Of a stretch of 64,000 nucleotides of DNA, positions 16,812 through 26,149 are shown one piece after another; the first letter of the stretch is position 1; every line of letters begins with the position of its first letter. The position numbers were made by a program, and so were the translations under genes. The DNA comes from an uncultured Actinomycetota bacterium. GTDB taxonomy: Bacteria > Actinomycetota > Acidimicrobiia > Acidimicrobiales > Bog-793. The stretch covers positions 401,958 to 465,957 of the forward strand of contig CAVTJR010000001.1 in NCBI GenBank assembly GCA_963735115.1, written 5' to 3'. The notes under the pieces were generated by a model. That model was given only the letters and a program-made list of their open reading frames with translations, was not told where the DNA came from and did no database searches.

Positions 16812-18296
16812 ATGACGCGCAATTCGATGATGACAGTGGTGGCGGGAGTGCTCGGCGCAGCGAGTGTGCTCGCACTGGCGTCACCCTCCTCGGCGACCGT
16901 GCGACCCTCGGCGAAGGCGCCCGTGTCGGGTGCCCTCATCGCGGCTGGGGAATCAACCACGCAGGCGTTCGGTTCTGTAGCGACGTCCTCGCCTCATTCG
17001 CTCGGCACGGTGATCAGCGAAGACAGCGACCTGTCCGGTACGGCGTACAGCCCGTCCGGCGCGAACGCGCTCGTGGCGTTGGGCACTGCCGGACTCGAGG
17101 TGATCTCAAACCCGCTCACTAAGCCGAAGATCTCGCGCGTCCTGGATCTGGGCAGCTTCGGAGGCGAGGGCGGGCCCGATTACAGCTTTTACGACTCGGG
17201 CGTCGCCATCGCCGGCACGACCGCCCTGGTCACCGGTGATGAGCAGGGTCTCGTGCAGCTGACAGAGTCTTCGGGCAGCTGGAAGGTCGACACGCGGGTC
17301 CACTCGAAGGGGCTCGCCGACGGCGGCTGGCCGCAGCAGCCGGGATGGATCGCGTTCAAGCTGACCGGGGCCGAGGCGACGACGTTCGACGGGGTCGCAA
17401 TCAGCCCGGTGCGGCTCAAGAGCGGCGGGTACGAGGCGGTCACCATCGATCGAGACTTCTCGAGCGGCGACCCCGGAGCGATCGCCGTGATCACGGGCGT
17501 CGGGACGGCTGACCCCAAGGTCACGGCTATCGCCTCCAGCTTGGCCTTCGGCCGTATCGGCGACGGGGACGTAGGCAACGGCGGCATTGCCTTCTCGCCT
17601 GTGACGCCAACGCGCGCCGTCATCGCCAGCCCGTCGGGTGTGGCGGTGCTCAACCTCGCCAACCCAGCCAACCCCGTCGTTCAGAACACCACGATCGTCG
17701 GCTCAGATGACGACGTCGAGGCGGTGGCAGTGAGTCCCGGCGGTAACGATGTAGCTGTCGCGGAGGGCGACACCGTGGAAGTCCTGAGCGGTGTCCTGCA
17801 GGCCTCAACGACCGCACCACTCGCCGAGGTCGAGACGTTCACGCCGGCGAGCGGCGACGACGTGACCGACCTCGCCTATCTCGCCGACGGCGACCTCGTC
17901 ACCGCGGACGGCGTGCAACTCGAGACTTGGACGGCGACCACGACCCCAACGGCCGCGCTCTTGGGGTCCGTTGCGCTGGCGGGCTCACCGGAAGCTGCGA
18001 ACTCGCTGTCGGTGCGGCCCGCAGAGCCCGGGCCGGCGATCGAGCCCGCGACGCTTCCTGGACCATTCCGCGTCGGAACCAAGGTCGACGACAAGCTCAC
18101 CGTCATCGGACCAGCAGGCACCTACATGTTCTCGGTCTCCTCGGGGCGTCTCCCGGCCGGGCTCAAGCTCGTAAGCAACGCCATCGCTGGCAAGCCGACC
18201 GCCGCAGGCACAAGCAAGGTGACGATCTCCGCCACGAACCAGTACGGCGGGAGCGCGTCAAACGCCTACGTGATCAAGGTGCTCGCCAAGGCCTGA
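16812..18296 (+). CDS. secreted repeat (beta-propeller-like) protein with C-terminal Ig-like domain
   Basis: AGGAG plus the ATG at 16812. Signal peptide MTRNSMMTVVAGVLGAASVLALASPSSA. The C-terminal segment LPAGLKLVSNAIAGKPTAAGTSKVTISATNQYG looks like the 'putative Ig' (He_PIG-like) domain. Confidence 0.65.
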   Translation: MTRNSMMTVVAGVLGAASVLALASPSSATVRPSAKAPVSGALIAAGESTTQAFGSVATSSPHSLGTVISEDSDLSGTAYSPSGANALVALGTAGLEVISNPLTKPKISRVLDLGSFGGEGGPDYSFYDSGVAIAGTTALVTGDEQGLVQLTESSGSWKVDTRVHSKGLADGGWPQQPGWIAFKLTGAEATTFDGVAISPVRLKSGGYEAVTIDRDFSSGDPGAIAVITGVGTADPKVTAIASSLAFGRIGDGDVGNGGIAFSPVTPTRAVIASPSGVAVLNLANPANPVVQNTTIVGSDDDVEAVAVSPGGNDVAVAEGDTVEVLSGVLQASTTAPLAEVETFTPASGDDVTDLAYLADGDLVTADGVQLETWTATTTPTAALLGSVALAGSPEAANSLSVRPAEPGPAIEPATLPGPFRVGTKVDDKLTVIGPAGTYMFSVSSGRLPAGLKLVSNAIAGKPTAAGTSKVTISATNQYGGSASNAYVIKVLAKA

Positions 18297-18485
18297 CGAC
18301 GCCACGGCCTCGGCGGGAGGCAGCGAGCGGACGACGAACTGCTCGAAGTAGTCGCGAACGCCCTGCTGAGGCGCATAGTCGGGCGCCACGTTCCAAGCTT
18401 GCCAACATACGATCTCACCACCATCGTCAATAACTGATCCGTGCGTACGTCCGGTTTACACGGAGGGCTCTTGGAGACCTAGGTT

Positions 18486-18522
18486 TGGGCGCCCTGCAGA
18501 GCCCCGGCCGAGAGACTACAAG
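18486..18522. repeat. possible decayed copy of the tRNA-Met 3' half (outermost att remnant)
   Basis: TGGGCGCCCTGCAGAGCCCCGGCCGAGAGACTACAAG aligns with gaps to TGGGCCCGGCAGGGATCGAACCTGCGACCGAAGGATTATGAG. It is followed by the same conserved flank as the 25.86-kb copy. Confidence 0.35.
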
Positions 18523-18660
18523 TCCCGGCCAGGGAACCGCTTTCCCCTGCTCAGAATGGCGGCGAGTTGCGTCCCTCGCAGGTCATCACGAGTAACCGGC
18601 ACCCGGCCGGATCAAGCCCACAACCGGGTGCGACGAGTTGGAAGGAGAATGCAGGGACGC
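18523..18660. repeat. conserved non-coding module S, copy 1 (partner 25911-26048)
   Basis: Shared blocks GTTGCGTCC(C)TC.CAGGTCAT.A.GAG and CAACCGGGTGCGACGAGTTG.AAGG...GGGACGC. A non-conserved spacer of identical length (28 nt) separates them. Confidence 0.7.
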
Positions 18661-18887
18661 CAGCCGCAAGCATCTCGGCCGCCTCACCGGCGCTACCGGA
18701 ATGGCGAGGACGACTGGGAGATTCGAGTAACCTGTTGTGGCATCCATTACGATTTGGCGGCGTTGGCGTGGACTGGACAAAGCTCCCGACCGCAGACTTA
18801 CTTGACGATCGACACCGAAGGGCTGGATCGGATCCATCGTGGGATTCCATCTGGGAAGACTTTGTTTTTTTCGAGGATTGATTGAAT

Positions 18888-19559
18888 ATGGGCAACGGAC
18901 GACTGGGACAACCCGATCCCGACCCCGAAGGGCTGCTGGCACAAGCCAGAAGGATTGCCAAGATCTCACGAAAAGCTACGGATAGCGTACATGGCAGCTA
19001 CCTCGTCGCAAGGACTGAAGAGCAGTACAAGTATGCTATGGAAGCATTCGATAGCAGACATAGGACTCGGGAAGCAATTGAGACACGTGCAGAGTTGGAA
19101 CAATTTTCCAGGCAATCGGTCTTCATTGTACACGCGCCACTCCTATTAGATAGTTCGTCCTTTAGAAGGTTCTTCGATGCATTAGCAGCTTCCAAGAAGG
19201 TCGGGCGATTCTTCAATGGAACAGACAATGTTGATGAAATAGTGGCTCTCGCCAGAAGGCGTATGGAGAACCTGGACCGCTTACCTGCAGCCGAAGATGC
19301 TAATAGGGCTGCCACATGCATGCTATGGCGTGCCCACAGAGAGGAAGAGGCAATTGTCCTCTATGATGAATACACTGATGCGCTTGTGAGAGATATAATA
19401 GCAAACATTAGTAGAGGTGTTCTTTATCTAGTGGAGGCGAGATCCAAAATAGCAAGAAGACGACTACGATTGACGGGCAGGAAGGATGAAGCTGGTCAAC
19501 TATTCACAGTCGTGTATGAAGCGCTACAACCCCACCCTATGAGCAATTCAGGTTCATGA
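18888..19559 (+). CDS. low-GC orphan protein, all-helical, unknown function
   Basis: GAGGA 10 nt before the ATG at 18888. Its composition is clearly AT-richer than the surroundings. No motif recognised. Confidence 0.5.
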   Translation: MGNGRLGQPDPDPEGLLAQARRIAKISRKATDSVHGSYLVARTEEQYKYAMEAFDSRHRTREAIETRAELEQFSRQSVFIVHAPLLLDSSSFRRFFDALAASKKVGRFFNGTDNVDEIVALARRRMENLDRLPAAEDANRAATCMLWRAHREEEAIVLYDEYTDALVRDIIANISRGVLYLVEARSKIARRRLRLTGRKDEAGQLFTVVYEALQPHPMSNSGS

Positions 19560-19807
19560 CAGCACGCCTCTCGGCACGTTCCGCCTGAACCGCGATGCGG
19601 ACAACCGCCACCCGCAAGTTATTCCGCTGCAGACTAAAGCAGCGCTCCGGCGCGCCGCCGGAGCTCCGCCTGGTCGTGCTGGCCCGGCCGGATGGCCAGA
19701 ACGATGAGGTCTGTGGCGTCGATGGCGAAGAGGAGGCGCGAGCCGACCACAAGGTCACTGAGCGCTGGGAGGGCGGTCGAGCCGACCTCGCGTCTCGGGT
19801 CGCCCAC

Positions 19808-20197
19808 TCAGGCGCCCGGCGATACCACTGAGATCTGGGCGGCCTTTGCGCCGAGGATCATGCGCCCGTCGTAGGTGACGACACCCTCCAAATCGTCGCC
19901 GAACTCGAGGGCCGCCGCCAGATGCAACGCGTCGAGCGAACGAAGCTCTGGCGGTTCCAAGCGACCGGCGGTGAGGAATGTCGAGACGGCCGGCAGGACT
20001 AGCGATACCGCGGCCAACGCTCTTTCAATCGTCGTGTCATCGATCTCCAATCGGCTTGCGGCCCGTAGGGCTTCCGTTCGCAGAAGTTGTGACGACCACA
20101 ATGGTTCGTGGGCAGCGAACCACTCCCGCAGCGCAGTCGTTTCGCCTTCCTGAATGAGCAGTTTCAAGAACGCGGAGGTGTCGAGGTACCAGGTCAC
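19808..20197 (-). CDS. PIN-domain toxin (VapC-like)
   Basis: VTWYLDTSAFLKLL...SQLLRTE...LRSLDALHLAAALEFG...VVTYDGRM contains the PIN acidic residues. GTG start lies 7 nt after the antitoxin stop. Confidence 0.8.
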   Translation of the reverse strand: MTWYLDTSAFLKLLIQEGETTALREWFAAHEPLWSSQLLRTEALRAASRLEIDDTTIERALAAVSLVLPAVSTFLTAGRLEPPELRSLDALHLAAALEFGDDLEGVVTYDGRMILGAKAAQISVVSPGA

Positions 20198-20204
20198 GCC
20201 GGCC

Positions 20205-20468
20205 TCAGCTGTCGTCGCGCAACTCGTTGAGCACCTCACCAGTCCGACGGCGCGCCGCTGCAGGCTTGGGCAGGTCCGCAGCCGAGGACTGGGCAGGCTG
20301 GACGCGCCCCGCTGCGATCAGCGCGCCGACTCCTCCCGCCACCGACGGCGGGGCGAGTATGGCAACGAGTCGACCCCGATCGGTGACACCGAGCGTTTCG
20401 CCGCGCTCGACCCGGCGTAACGCCGCAGACGCTCGCTGCTGTAACTCTCGTACCCCGATAGTTTCCAT
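20205..20468 (-). CDS. Phd/YefM-type antitoxin
   Basis: METIGVRELQQRASAALRRVERGETLGVTDRGRLVAILAP, the classic Phd/YefM N-terminus. Confidence 0.8.
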   Translation of the reverse strand: METIGVRELQQRASAALRRVERGETLGVTDRGRLVAILAPPSVAGGVGALIAAGRVQPAQSSAADLPKPAAARRRTGEVLNELRDDS

Positions 20469-20753
20469 GTGCTGCAAGTGTAGCACATCGGAGACTCTTC
20501 TGGCGTTACCCGCCGACAGAAGCCAGCACGACGAGGGCTCGCCGCCTTTTGACGATCGATTTGTCCGTCTTCCCCACACCGCGCCGCACGATACGCTGCG
20601 GCTGGGCGCCTTCCTCGTCGATGAGCCGCCGGTCGCGAAACAGGTTTGCTCACCCAGTCTCAGCGCGGGGCCGGCGAAGTGGTGGACGTACCTGCAAAGG
20701 TTGGTGGTCAGGGGTTGGTGGCCAGGGCACCAGGAGCTGCGGGCGCAGGTGGC

Positions 20754-21905
20754 TTAGACGTCCCGCTTCATCATCCGACGGGCCCCGATCACACTCCAGG
20801 CCACCAGCCAGCAGACGATCACGAACGCCGCCTCTTTCGTCGTCTCGGGCACCGAGTGACTGACTGCGCCAGGCCCGCCGCCGCCGCCGAATACCGGAAC
20901 GAGGGCTTTAGGCTCGAGATGGGCCGTTGAGACTCCCACGATGGCACGCTGCAGGTTGACGAGGTGCGGTATGGGCGTCCGAGCAACGATCGGGGTCACG
21001 ATGAGTTCGAGGACGATCATCAGGATCACCGACACCGTTCGCTGGCCTATGAGCGAGCCCAACCCTAACCCGATCATGAATCCAGTAAGGGCCTCCAACT
21101 CCACCCACAGTCCGCTCTCAATCATGAGGGACACAGGCGGAACCAAGAAGGTGTTCTTGTAAGAGTCGTAGTTGAACCTGGCGATCTTGACGGCGGCGGC
21201 CTTGTACTCGGCCGTCGGGGTCGTGGTCACGCCACCCGCAGCTGCTCCCGTCGGACTGATCAGGCCGTTCGGCCCGCATGGGAAGTTGCCAAGGTTGCCT
21301 GGATACGGAAAGTCACAGATCACCTCGCTGTAGTGGGCTTCCGCCCATGTCTCGAAACCCGTGACTGACAGACCTTGGGGCACGGCAACGCCCTGGTAGC
21401 TGAGGGTGGTCGGTGCGGCGTAGACGCAGACCACGCACACGATGGCAAACCCGACCGCCACCAAAGGGGCGAATATCGCCGTGCCGGCTGGAATCCGAGC
21501 GAGGTACAACGCTAAGCGAGAGCGGCCTGTCACAACCAAGTGCCTAAAGACGCCATCGGACAAGTCCGAACATCCGGCCGTGCACCCCAAGGTGGCGGCA
21601 ACGATAAACCCGAATACGTACATCAAGTTGCTCACGAGAGGTGTAAAGACGTCGTAGCCGCCAGCAGGACCATAGGACTTCGGGTCTACTGCGTGACTGA
21701 TCAGGCGTACCGCTAGGAAGATAGCCGGAAGCCCGATGTCGACGGCGATGAGGGCGATCATGAGACCCCGCCTCTTGCGCAGTTCCAAGATCTTCGCCGC
21801 GATCATCCTGCCGTTGGGGATCCACGATCCCCGCCGATCTCGTCCGGCGGGCTGCATCCCGGGCATCTGTGGGCCGGCTGGGCTGGCTTCGATTGCGATT
21901 GTCAT
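20754..21905 (-). CDS. ABC-2 type transporter permease
   Basis: Multi-TM protein. Its ATG overlaps the ATPase stop (ATGA), so it pairs with the upstream ATPase. Confidence 0.7.
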   Translation of the reverse strand: MTIAIEASPAGPQMPGMQPAGRDRRGSWIPNGRMIAAKILELRKRRGLMIALIAVDIGLPAIFLAVRLISHAVDPKSYGPAGGYDVFTPLVSNLMYVFGFIVAATLGCTAGCSDLSDGVFRHLVVTGRSRLALYLARIPAGTAIFAPLVAVGFAIVCVVCVYAAPTTLSYQGVAVPQGLSVTGFETWAEAHYSEVICDFPYPGNLGNFPCGPNGLISPTGAAAGGVTTTPTAEYKAAAVKIARFNYDSYKNTFLVPPVSLMIESGLWVELEALTGFMIGLGLGSLIGQRTVSVILMIVLELIVTPIVARTPIPHLVNLQRAIVGVSTAHLEPKALVPVFGGGGGPGAVSHSVPETTKEAAFVIVCWLVAWSVIGARRMMKRDV

Positions 21906-22846
21906 GACTGCGCCCCAAAGCGACTCGTAGCCTCGAGGAACCACGACTCGAGCGACGTCTGCATCGGCTGCACTCGGTAAATCGAAATGCCTCCGTCTGC
22001 GAGATCACGCACAAGCGTGGCGATGACCTCCCGCGACGTCCCGGTTGGGAGTGTCACCCGGATGCCCTCGGGCCCGCTCGTCACCTGGGTCGCCGGCCTC
22101 CCCTGCTCGACGAGTGACCTTGCCTGCTCCGAGTCCGAGCACTCGATCTCGACGACGAGCGAGGAACCCGCAAGCAGTTCCGAGATCGATCCCTGCCGGA
22201 TCACTCGGCCTTTGTCGACTATGGCCACGGCATCGCACGTGCGTTCCACTTCGTCGAGCAAGTGAGACGAGAGAACGACGGTGCGCCCCTCTTCAACCAG
22301 GGACTTGATCATCTCCCGCATGTCTTGCATCCCCGCGGGATCGAGGCCGTTCATCGGCTCGTCGAGCATGAGGAGCTGAGGATCTCCGATCAGGCAAGCC
22401 GCCACACCAAGGCGTTGGCGCATGCCCATTGAGTACTCCGCCACGCGGTCGTCGGCTCGCTGGCTGAGGCCGACCCGCTCGAGTGCCGGGGCGATGCGGC
22501 GGCGCGACTCTGGCTCTCGGGAGGCGGAGAGGATCTCAAGGTTCTGCCTGCCCGTCAGATGGGCGTGAAAGCGAGGTTCGTCGACGATGGCGCCGACCCT
22601 TGCTAGGGCGATATCGCGGTGCTTCGGCACTTCGTGGCCGAGCAGGGACATCGTGCCTGAGTCGACCTCGGTCAAACCGAGCAGGACCCGAATGAGCGTG
22701 GTCTTGCCAGCACCATTCGGGCCTAAGTAGCCGAAGGCACAGCCTCTTGGCACGCGGAGCTCGACGTCGTTCACGGCGACGTTCTGCCCGAAACTCTTTG
22801 TAAGTCCGTGGGTTTCGACTGCCCACTCAGTCCCTGTTGCCGTCAT
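21902..22846 (-). CDS. ABC transporter ATP-binding protein
   Basis: Walker A GPNGAGKTT, signature YSMGMRQRL, Walker B LLMLDEP. GGAGGAG lies before the ATG at 22846. Confidence 0.9.
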   Translation of the reverse strand: MTATGTEWAVETHGLTKSFGQNVAVNDVELRVPRGCAFGYLGPNGAGKTTLIRVLLGLTEVDSGTMSLLGHEVPKHRDIALARVGAIVDEPRFHAHLTGRQNLEILSASREPESRRRIAPALERVGLSQRADDRVAEYSMGMRQRLGVAACLIGDPQLLMLDEPMNGLDPAGMQDMREMIKSLVEEGRTVVLSSHLLDEVERTCDAVAIVDKGRVIRQGSISELLAGSSLVVEIECSDSEQARSLVEQGRPATQVTSGPEGIRVTLPTGTSREVIATLVRDLADGGISIYRVQPMQTSLESWFLEATSRFGAQS

Positions 22847-23574
22847 CCGCTCTCCTCCGTCTGGGACTCTGGCAGTGGTCGACTCCCTGTCATTAGGGTC
22901 GCATTCCAGTGCGTCCGTGTCGTCGGCTCGCGGGAGGTTTCTCGCGTAAGCCGTAGGGGGTAGAGCAGTGGCTGGCGCGTACATCGAGGGGCGTAGCCGC
23001 GACCCCGGAGGCTGACGACGTGGCCCGACTCGTTCTGTAACGTCGAGGGGGTGAGTGGTTCAGAGCAATCAGTGCTGAGTCCGTGGCCGGGGCTCCTCCA
23101 TCGGGTCACGGCACGGCCACTGATTGTCGACTTGGTTCCGGCTGCATAGGCCCCTACCGAATCGGGCCCCACCACCGCCACATGCTCGGAAGGACTCGGA
23201 GGACTTCGGCTCGGCGTTCTGGACGATGCCGACCCCTTGCATCGAGCGGTCGCGCTCGTGGTTGTTGCCTGCCCGCGAACGGGACCTTAGGGACGCTCTC
23301 AGGCAACGGAGCGATCGCAATATTGGGGCAGGAACAGACTTTGCCGAATCAGGACTCTCAAGCGAACCGGCTCTCCGGTGAACCCGGCCCGACGCCGATT
23401 TAGCATGCCTGCCGGCGCAGGCTCCGAGCGTCACTCTGTGACCCCCGACCCCGCGATGGGGGCAGCTGATCACCCGATCACCTTCCGCAATTCGTAATCG
23501 AACTCCCTTGGGTCGATCGGGGCCGACAGCGATGACCGGCCGGTGGGGAGGCCACGCACTAGCTTTTTCTGATT

Positions 23575-24555
23575 GTGGAGGATTCGGCTGATGTGACGAC
23601 CTCTCAAGCCACCACCACGGCGAAGAAGCCGTCCAGCATCGAACGAATTCAGCGGTTGGAGAAGCTTGAGCAGGAGCGCCTCGAAGAGAAGGCGCACAAG
23701 GAGGAACGTCGGCGCCAGGTGATCGCCGGGGCGAAGCCCTCCGGCGGGCGCCACGATCTCGTCGACCGAATCGAACGGATCACGAAGTTCCCGATGACCC
23801 TCCTGGGGGTCGCCTGGCTCGTCCTCGCCATCGTCGTGCTCAGCACTGGCTTCAAAGGTTCGGCCTCTAAAGTCCTCGTCGGCGGCCTTTTCGTGCTCTG
23901 GGTGGTCATGCTGGCGGAGTACCTCGTGCGCCTAGTGGTCACCCCTGACACGCCCGGCTATCTCAGGCGGCGGTGGGTAGAGCCGGCGACCGTGTTGGTG
24001 CCTGTCCTCCAGGGCTGGCACGTCGTAGGAATCGAGAAGATGAGCCTCCTTTTGCATGAGGGGGAGCTGCGAGTGGAGTCCATCCTGAAGCACCACAGCC
24101 TCTTTCGGGTGCTCATCGCCGTCGTCGTAACCCTCCTCCTTGGGGCCTGGCTCGTTCTTCTCTTTGAAGAGAAGGCCAAAGGGAGCAACATCCACGATTA
24201 CCCCGACGCGCTGTGGTGGGCCATCGTTACTGTCACCACCGTGGGTTACGGGGACCGGTTCCCCGTCACCGAAGGTGGACGGGTCGTGGCCGTGATCCTG
24301 ATGCTGGTAGGAATCGGCCTCATCGGCGTGCTGACCGCGACGGTTGCGTCCGTGTTCATCAAGGAACACACCGACGACAACAAGGAAGAGTTCAAGAAGG
24401 GCCACGCCGACCTGGGCCAGCAGCTATCGGTGATCAGCGACCGGCTGGCCGACGTCGAACGCCGGCTCGGCGCCACGCCAGCTGAGGTGGCGGCGGTGGA
24501 TGCGGTCGCAGACGCCGAGGCTGCGGCGAACGGGCCGGTCGAACCAGATCCGTGA
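23575..24555 (+). CDS. potassium channel (6-TM-like, ion_trans_2 pore)
   Basis: Selectivity filter TVTTVGYGD. Several TM helices and a charged coiled N-terminus. The GTG start is uncertain. Confidence 0.85.
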   Translation: MEDSADVTTSQATTTAKKPSSIERIQRLEKLEQERLEEKAHKEERRRQVIAGAKPSGGRHDLVDRIERITKFPMTLLGVAWLVLAIVVLSTGFKGSASKVLVGGLFVLWVVMLAEYLVRLVVTPDTPGYLRRRWVEPATVLVPVLQGWHVVGIEKMSLLLHEGELRVESILKHHSLFRVLIAVVVTLLLGAWLVLLFEEKAKGSNIHDYPDALWWAIVTVTTVGYGDRFPVTEGGRVVAVILMLVGIGLIGVLTATVASVFIKEHTDDNKEEFKKGHADLGQQLSVISDRLADVERRLGATPAEVAAVDAVADAEAAANGPVEPDP

Positions 24556-24787
24556 GCGTCGTCAGTCGGCCCACGGACATCGTCAGAATCAGCTTTTGTG
24601 TTGCTCCTCCGCGACGAGGTTCCTCGAAAGGAGACCGATGCAAGGAGCCAGTGATCCCACATCAATGACGTTGACACAATCCCGTGTGATACTTCTTGGA
24701 CGGTGAGGGAGCTGGGCCTGTTGAATCAGTGAGGTAGCGAAGAGCTTTCTGGAGCGAACGTTAAATCGAAAGGTCGGGAGAAGGGTT

Positions 24788-25165
24788 ATGAGGCGAGGTC
24801 TTACTATCGGCTTGCTGCTTGTCCTAGTTGGTTTCTTAATACTCGTCGTTGTCTTCTGGACTGACTCTGCTCATTGGTTCCTGCGCTACACCGGTGCGGA
24901 TGCCGAGTCGGGAACCTGGTACGGGTTCTGGTCTGGGTTCGGTGGTGCGATTCCTGACTTTCTCATCCTTGGCAGCATCATCACCATCTACCGCCACCAC
25001 AATTGCCACGTTAAGGGATGTCTACGACTTGGGAAGCCGGTCGAAGGCACCCCGTATATTGCTTGCCCGGCGCACCATCCGGCGCACGAAGGCAACAAGA
25101 GATCAGTGTCAGAGGACATCATCAAGCTCGCTCACGAGGCCCACCTCAAGCGAGCGGCGTCGTGA
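24788..25165 (+). CDS. small membrane protein with Cys/His-rich tail, unknown function
   Basis: Low-GC ORF with two TM helices, then HHNCHVKGCLRLGKPVEGTPYIACPAHHP. Confidence 0.45.
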   Translation: MRRGLTIGLLLVLVGFLILVVVFWTDSAHWFLRYTGADAESGTWYGFWSGFGGAIPDFLILGSIITIYRHHNCHVKGCLRLGKPVEGTPYIACPAHHPAHEGNKRSVSEDIIKLAHEAHLKRAAS

Positions 25166-25342
25166 TTCTGAGGACTTTGAGACCCTGGAGTCTGAGCGGC
25201 TGACATGCAAATCGACCAAGGCAGCCAAACTGTCCCGACGAAACGGTGAGAACCATCCACTTCGCATACCCTGGGTGACAGCCTTAGTCATGCTGCAGTT
25301 CTCGAGCACGGACCGAACTCCGTGAGCCCTTGATCGCGCCGC

Positions 25343-25810
25343 TCATTGTGGGGATCCTCCTTGGTCTGACAGCGCGCCGCTCGACTGCCCCTGGCCGCTT
25401 CGCTTCAGCTCGCGATACCAGCGCTCGAGGTCGTAGGAGGACAACGATGCAATGCGGCGCCGTCCGATGTCGTCACGTATGTGGACATCCCAGAGGCTCT
25501 GGTAACGCTTGGTCGTGTACGGACTGAGGTCCTCCCAGCCGTTCGCCTGCCAGGCGGCGAGGGCGTCGTTGAGCGTGGTCGTGGGACCCCAGGTGCGAGG
25601 ACCCTCCTCCGGCATAACGGCGGGCACCGCCTCCTGCTCGGCCACGAGCCGGGCGAGCTGACGCTCGGCAGCTCGCTCGGTACCGCGGAACGTGACACTG
25701 TGATGGCGGATGCGACCGTTGGAGTCGCGGCCGACGAAGACGCGCAATTCCCAGGCATTTGCTCCGCGATCTGCTCCGCGATCCGGGCGCTGTCGGATGC
25801 TGCCAGCCAC
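25343..25810 (-). pseudogene. tyrosine integrase, N-terminal fragment only
   Basis: (V)AGSIRQRPDRG..AWELRVFVGRD...TFRGTERAAERQLARLV...TLNDALAAWQ... is the arm-binding plus SAM-like N-domain of phage-type integrases. The ORF stops before any catalytic R..HxxR..Y region. Its start is about 50 bp from att copy A. Confidence 0.65.
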
Positions 25811-25863
25811 GGCGCCTCCATTCCCCTGCCAGCGGCACTGCATAGGCCGTGAACTGGACTTTT

Positions 25864-25910
25864 AACGGTGGGCCCGGCAGGGATCGAACCTGCGACCGAA
25901 GGATTATGAG
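25864..25910 (-). repeat. att copy A: 47-bp copy of a tRNA-Met 3' half (anticodon loop to 3' end)
   Basis: AACGGTGGGCCCGGCAGGGATCGAACCTGCGACCGAAGGATTATGAG is identical to 28534-28580. No tRNA 5' half is adjacent. Confidence 0.9.
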
Positions 25911-26048
25911 GCCCGGCTGGAGCAGCTCGTTCTTCTGCGCAGACTGGCGCCGGGTTGCGTCCTCACAGGTCATAAAGAGCGCGAGGCGAGCAACAGCGAA
26001 CAGGATGCAACCGGGTGCGACGAGTTGCAAGGTAATTGTCGGGACGCG
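25911..26048. repeat. conserved non-coding module S, copy 2 (partner 18523-18660)
   Basis: See copy 1. It lies immediately inside att copy A. Confidence 0.7.
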
Positions 26049-26116
26049 AGCGACGTCGGCACCACGCGTCCAGGCCGCCGATCGACCTCCAGGGCTTCGC
26101 GAAGACGCCGCCAGGC

Positions 26117-26149
26117 GTTCCATAGTGCTACCATGTAGCACTATGGAAC
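26117..26149. promoter_or_regulatory. candidate antitoxin operator
   Basis: Perfect 14-bp inverted repeat GTTCCATAGTGCTA-ccatg-TAGCACTATGGAAC. The right arm contains the antitoxin ATG (26143). Confidence 0.5.

Larger units (their letters stand above)
18523..25863. mobile_element. decayed integrative islet 'E-left' (outermost unit of the tRNA-Met array)
   Basis: Bounded by the decayed att copy and the 47-bp att copy A. It carries a truncated integrase next to copy A, a TA pair, low-GC patches and transporter cargo. Confidence 0.45.

Noticed and set aside
18551-18961. Shared peptide QLVAPGC...MTCE in minus-strand ORFs 18551-18961 and 25473-26141, considered as a conserved small protein.
   Set aside because: Similarity tracks DNA identity in all frames and vanishes in the equal-length spacer. 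The ORFs run through att/tRNA-derived sequence. It is treated as a non-coding module instead.
22847-23574. RNase P RNA, tmRNA or SRP RNA in the long intergenic gap.
   Set aside because: None of the conserved boxes I remember could be found on either strand: the GAGGAAAGTCC / ACAGAACCCGGCTTA-type P4 strands, the tmRNA tRNA-like ends, or the SRP GGAA tetraloop helix.
25864-25910. The 47-bp tRNA-like segments (also 28534-28580) considered as tRNA genes or as a split or intron-containing tRNA.
   Set aside because: No D-arm or 5' acceptor strand lies within several hundred bp, and the adjacent sequence cannot pair with the anticodon stem. They are better explained as att sites.
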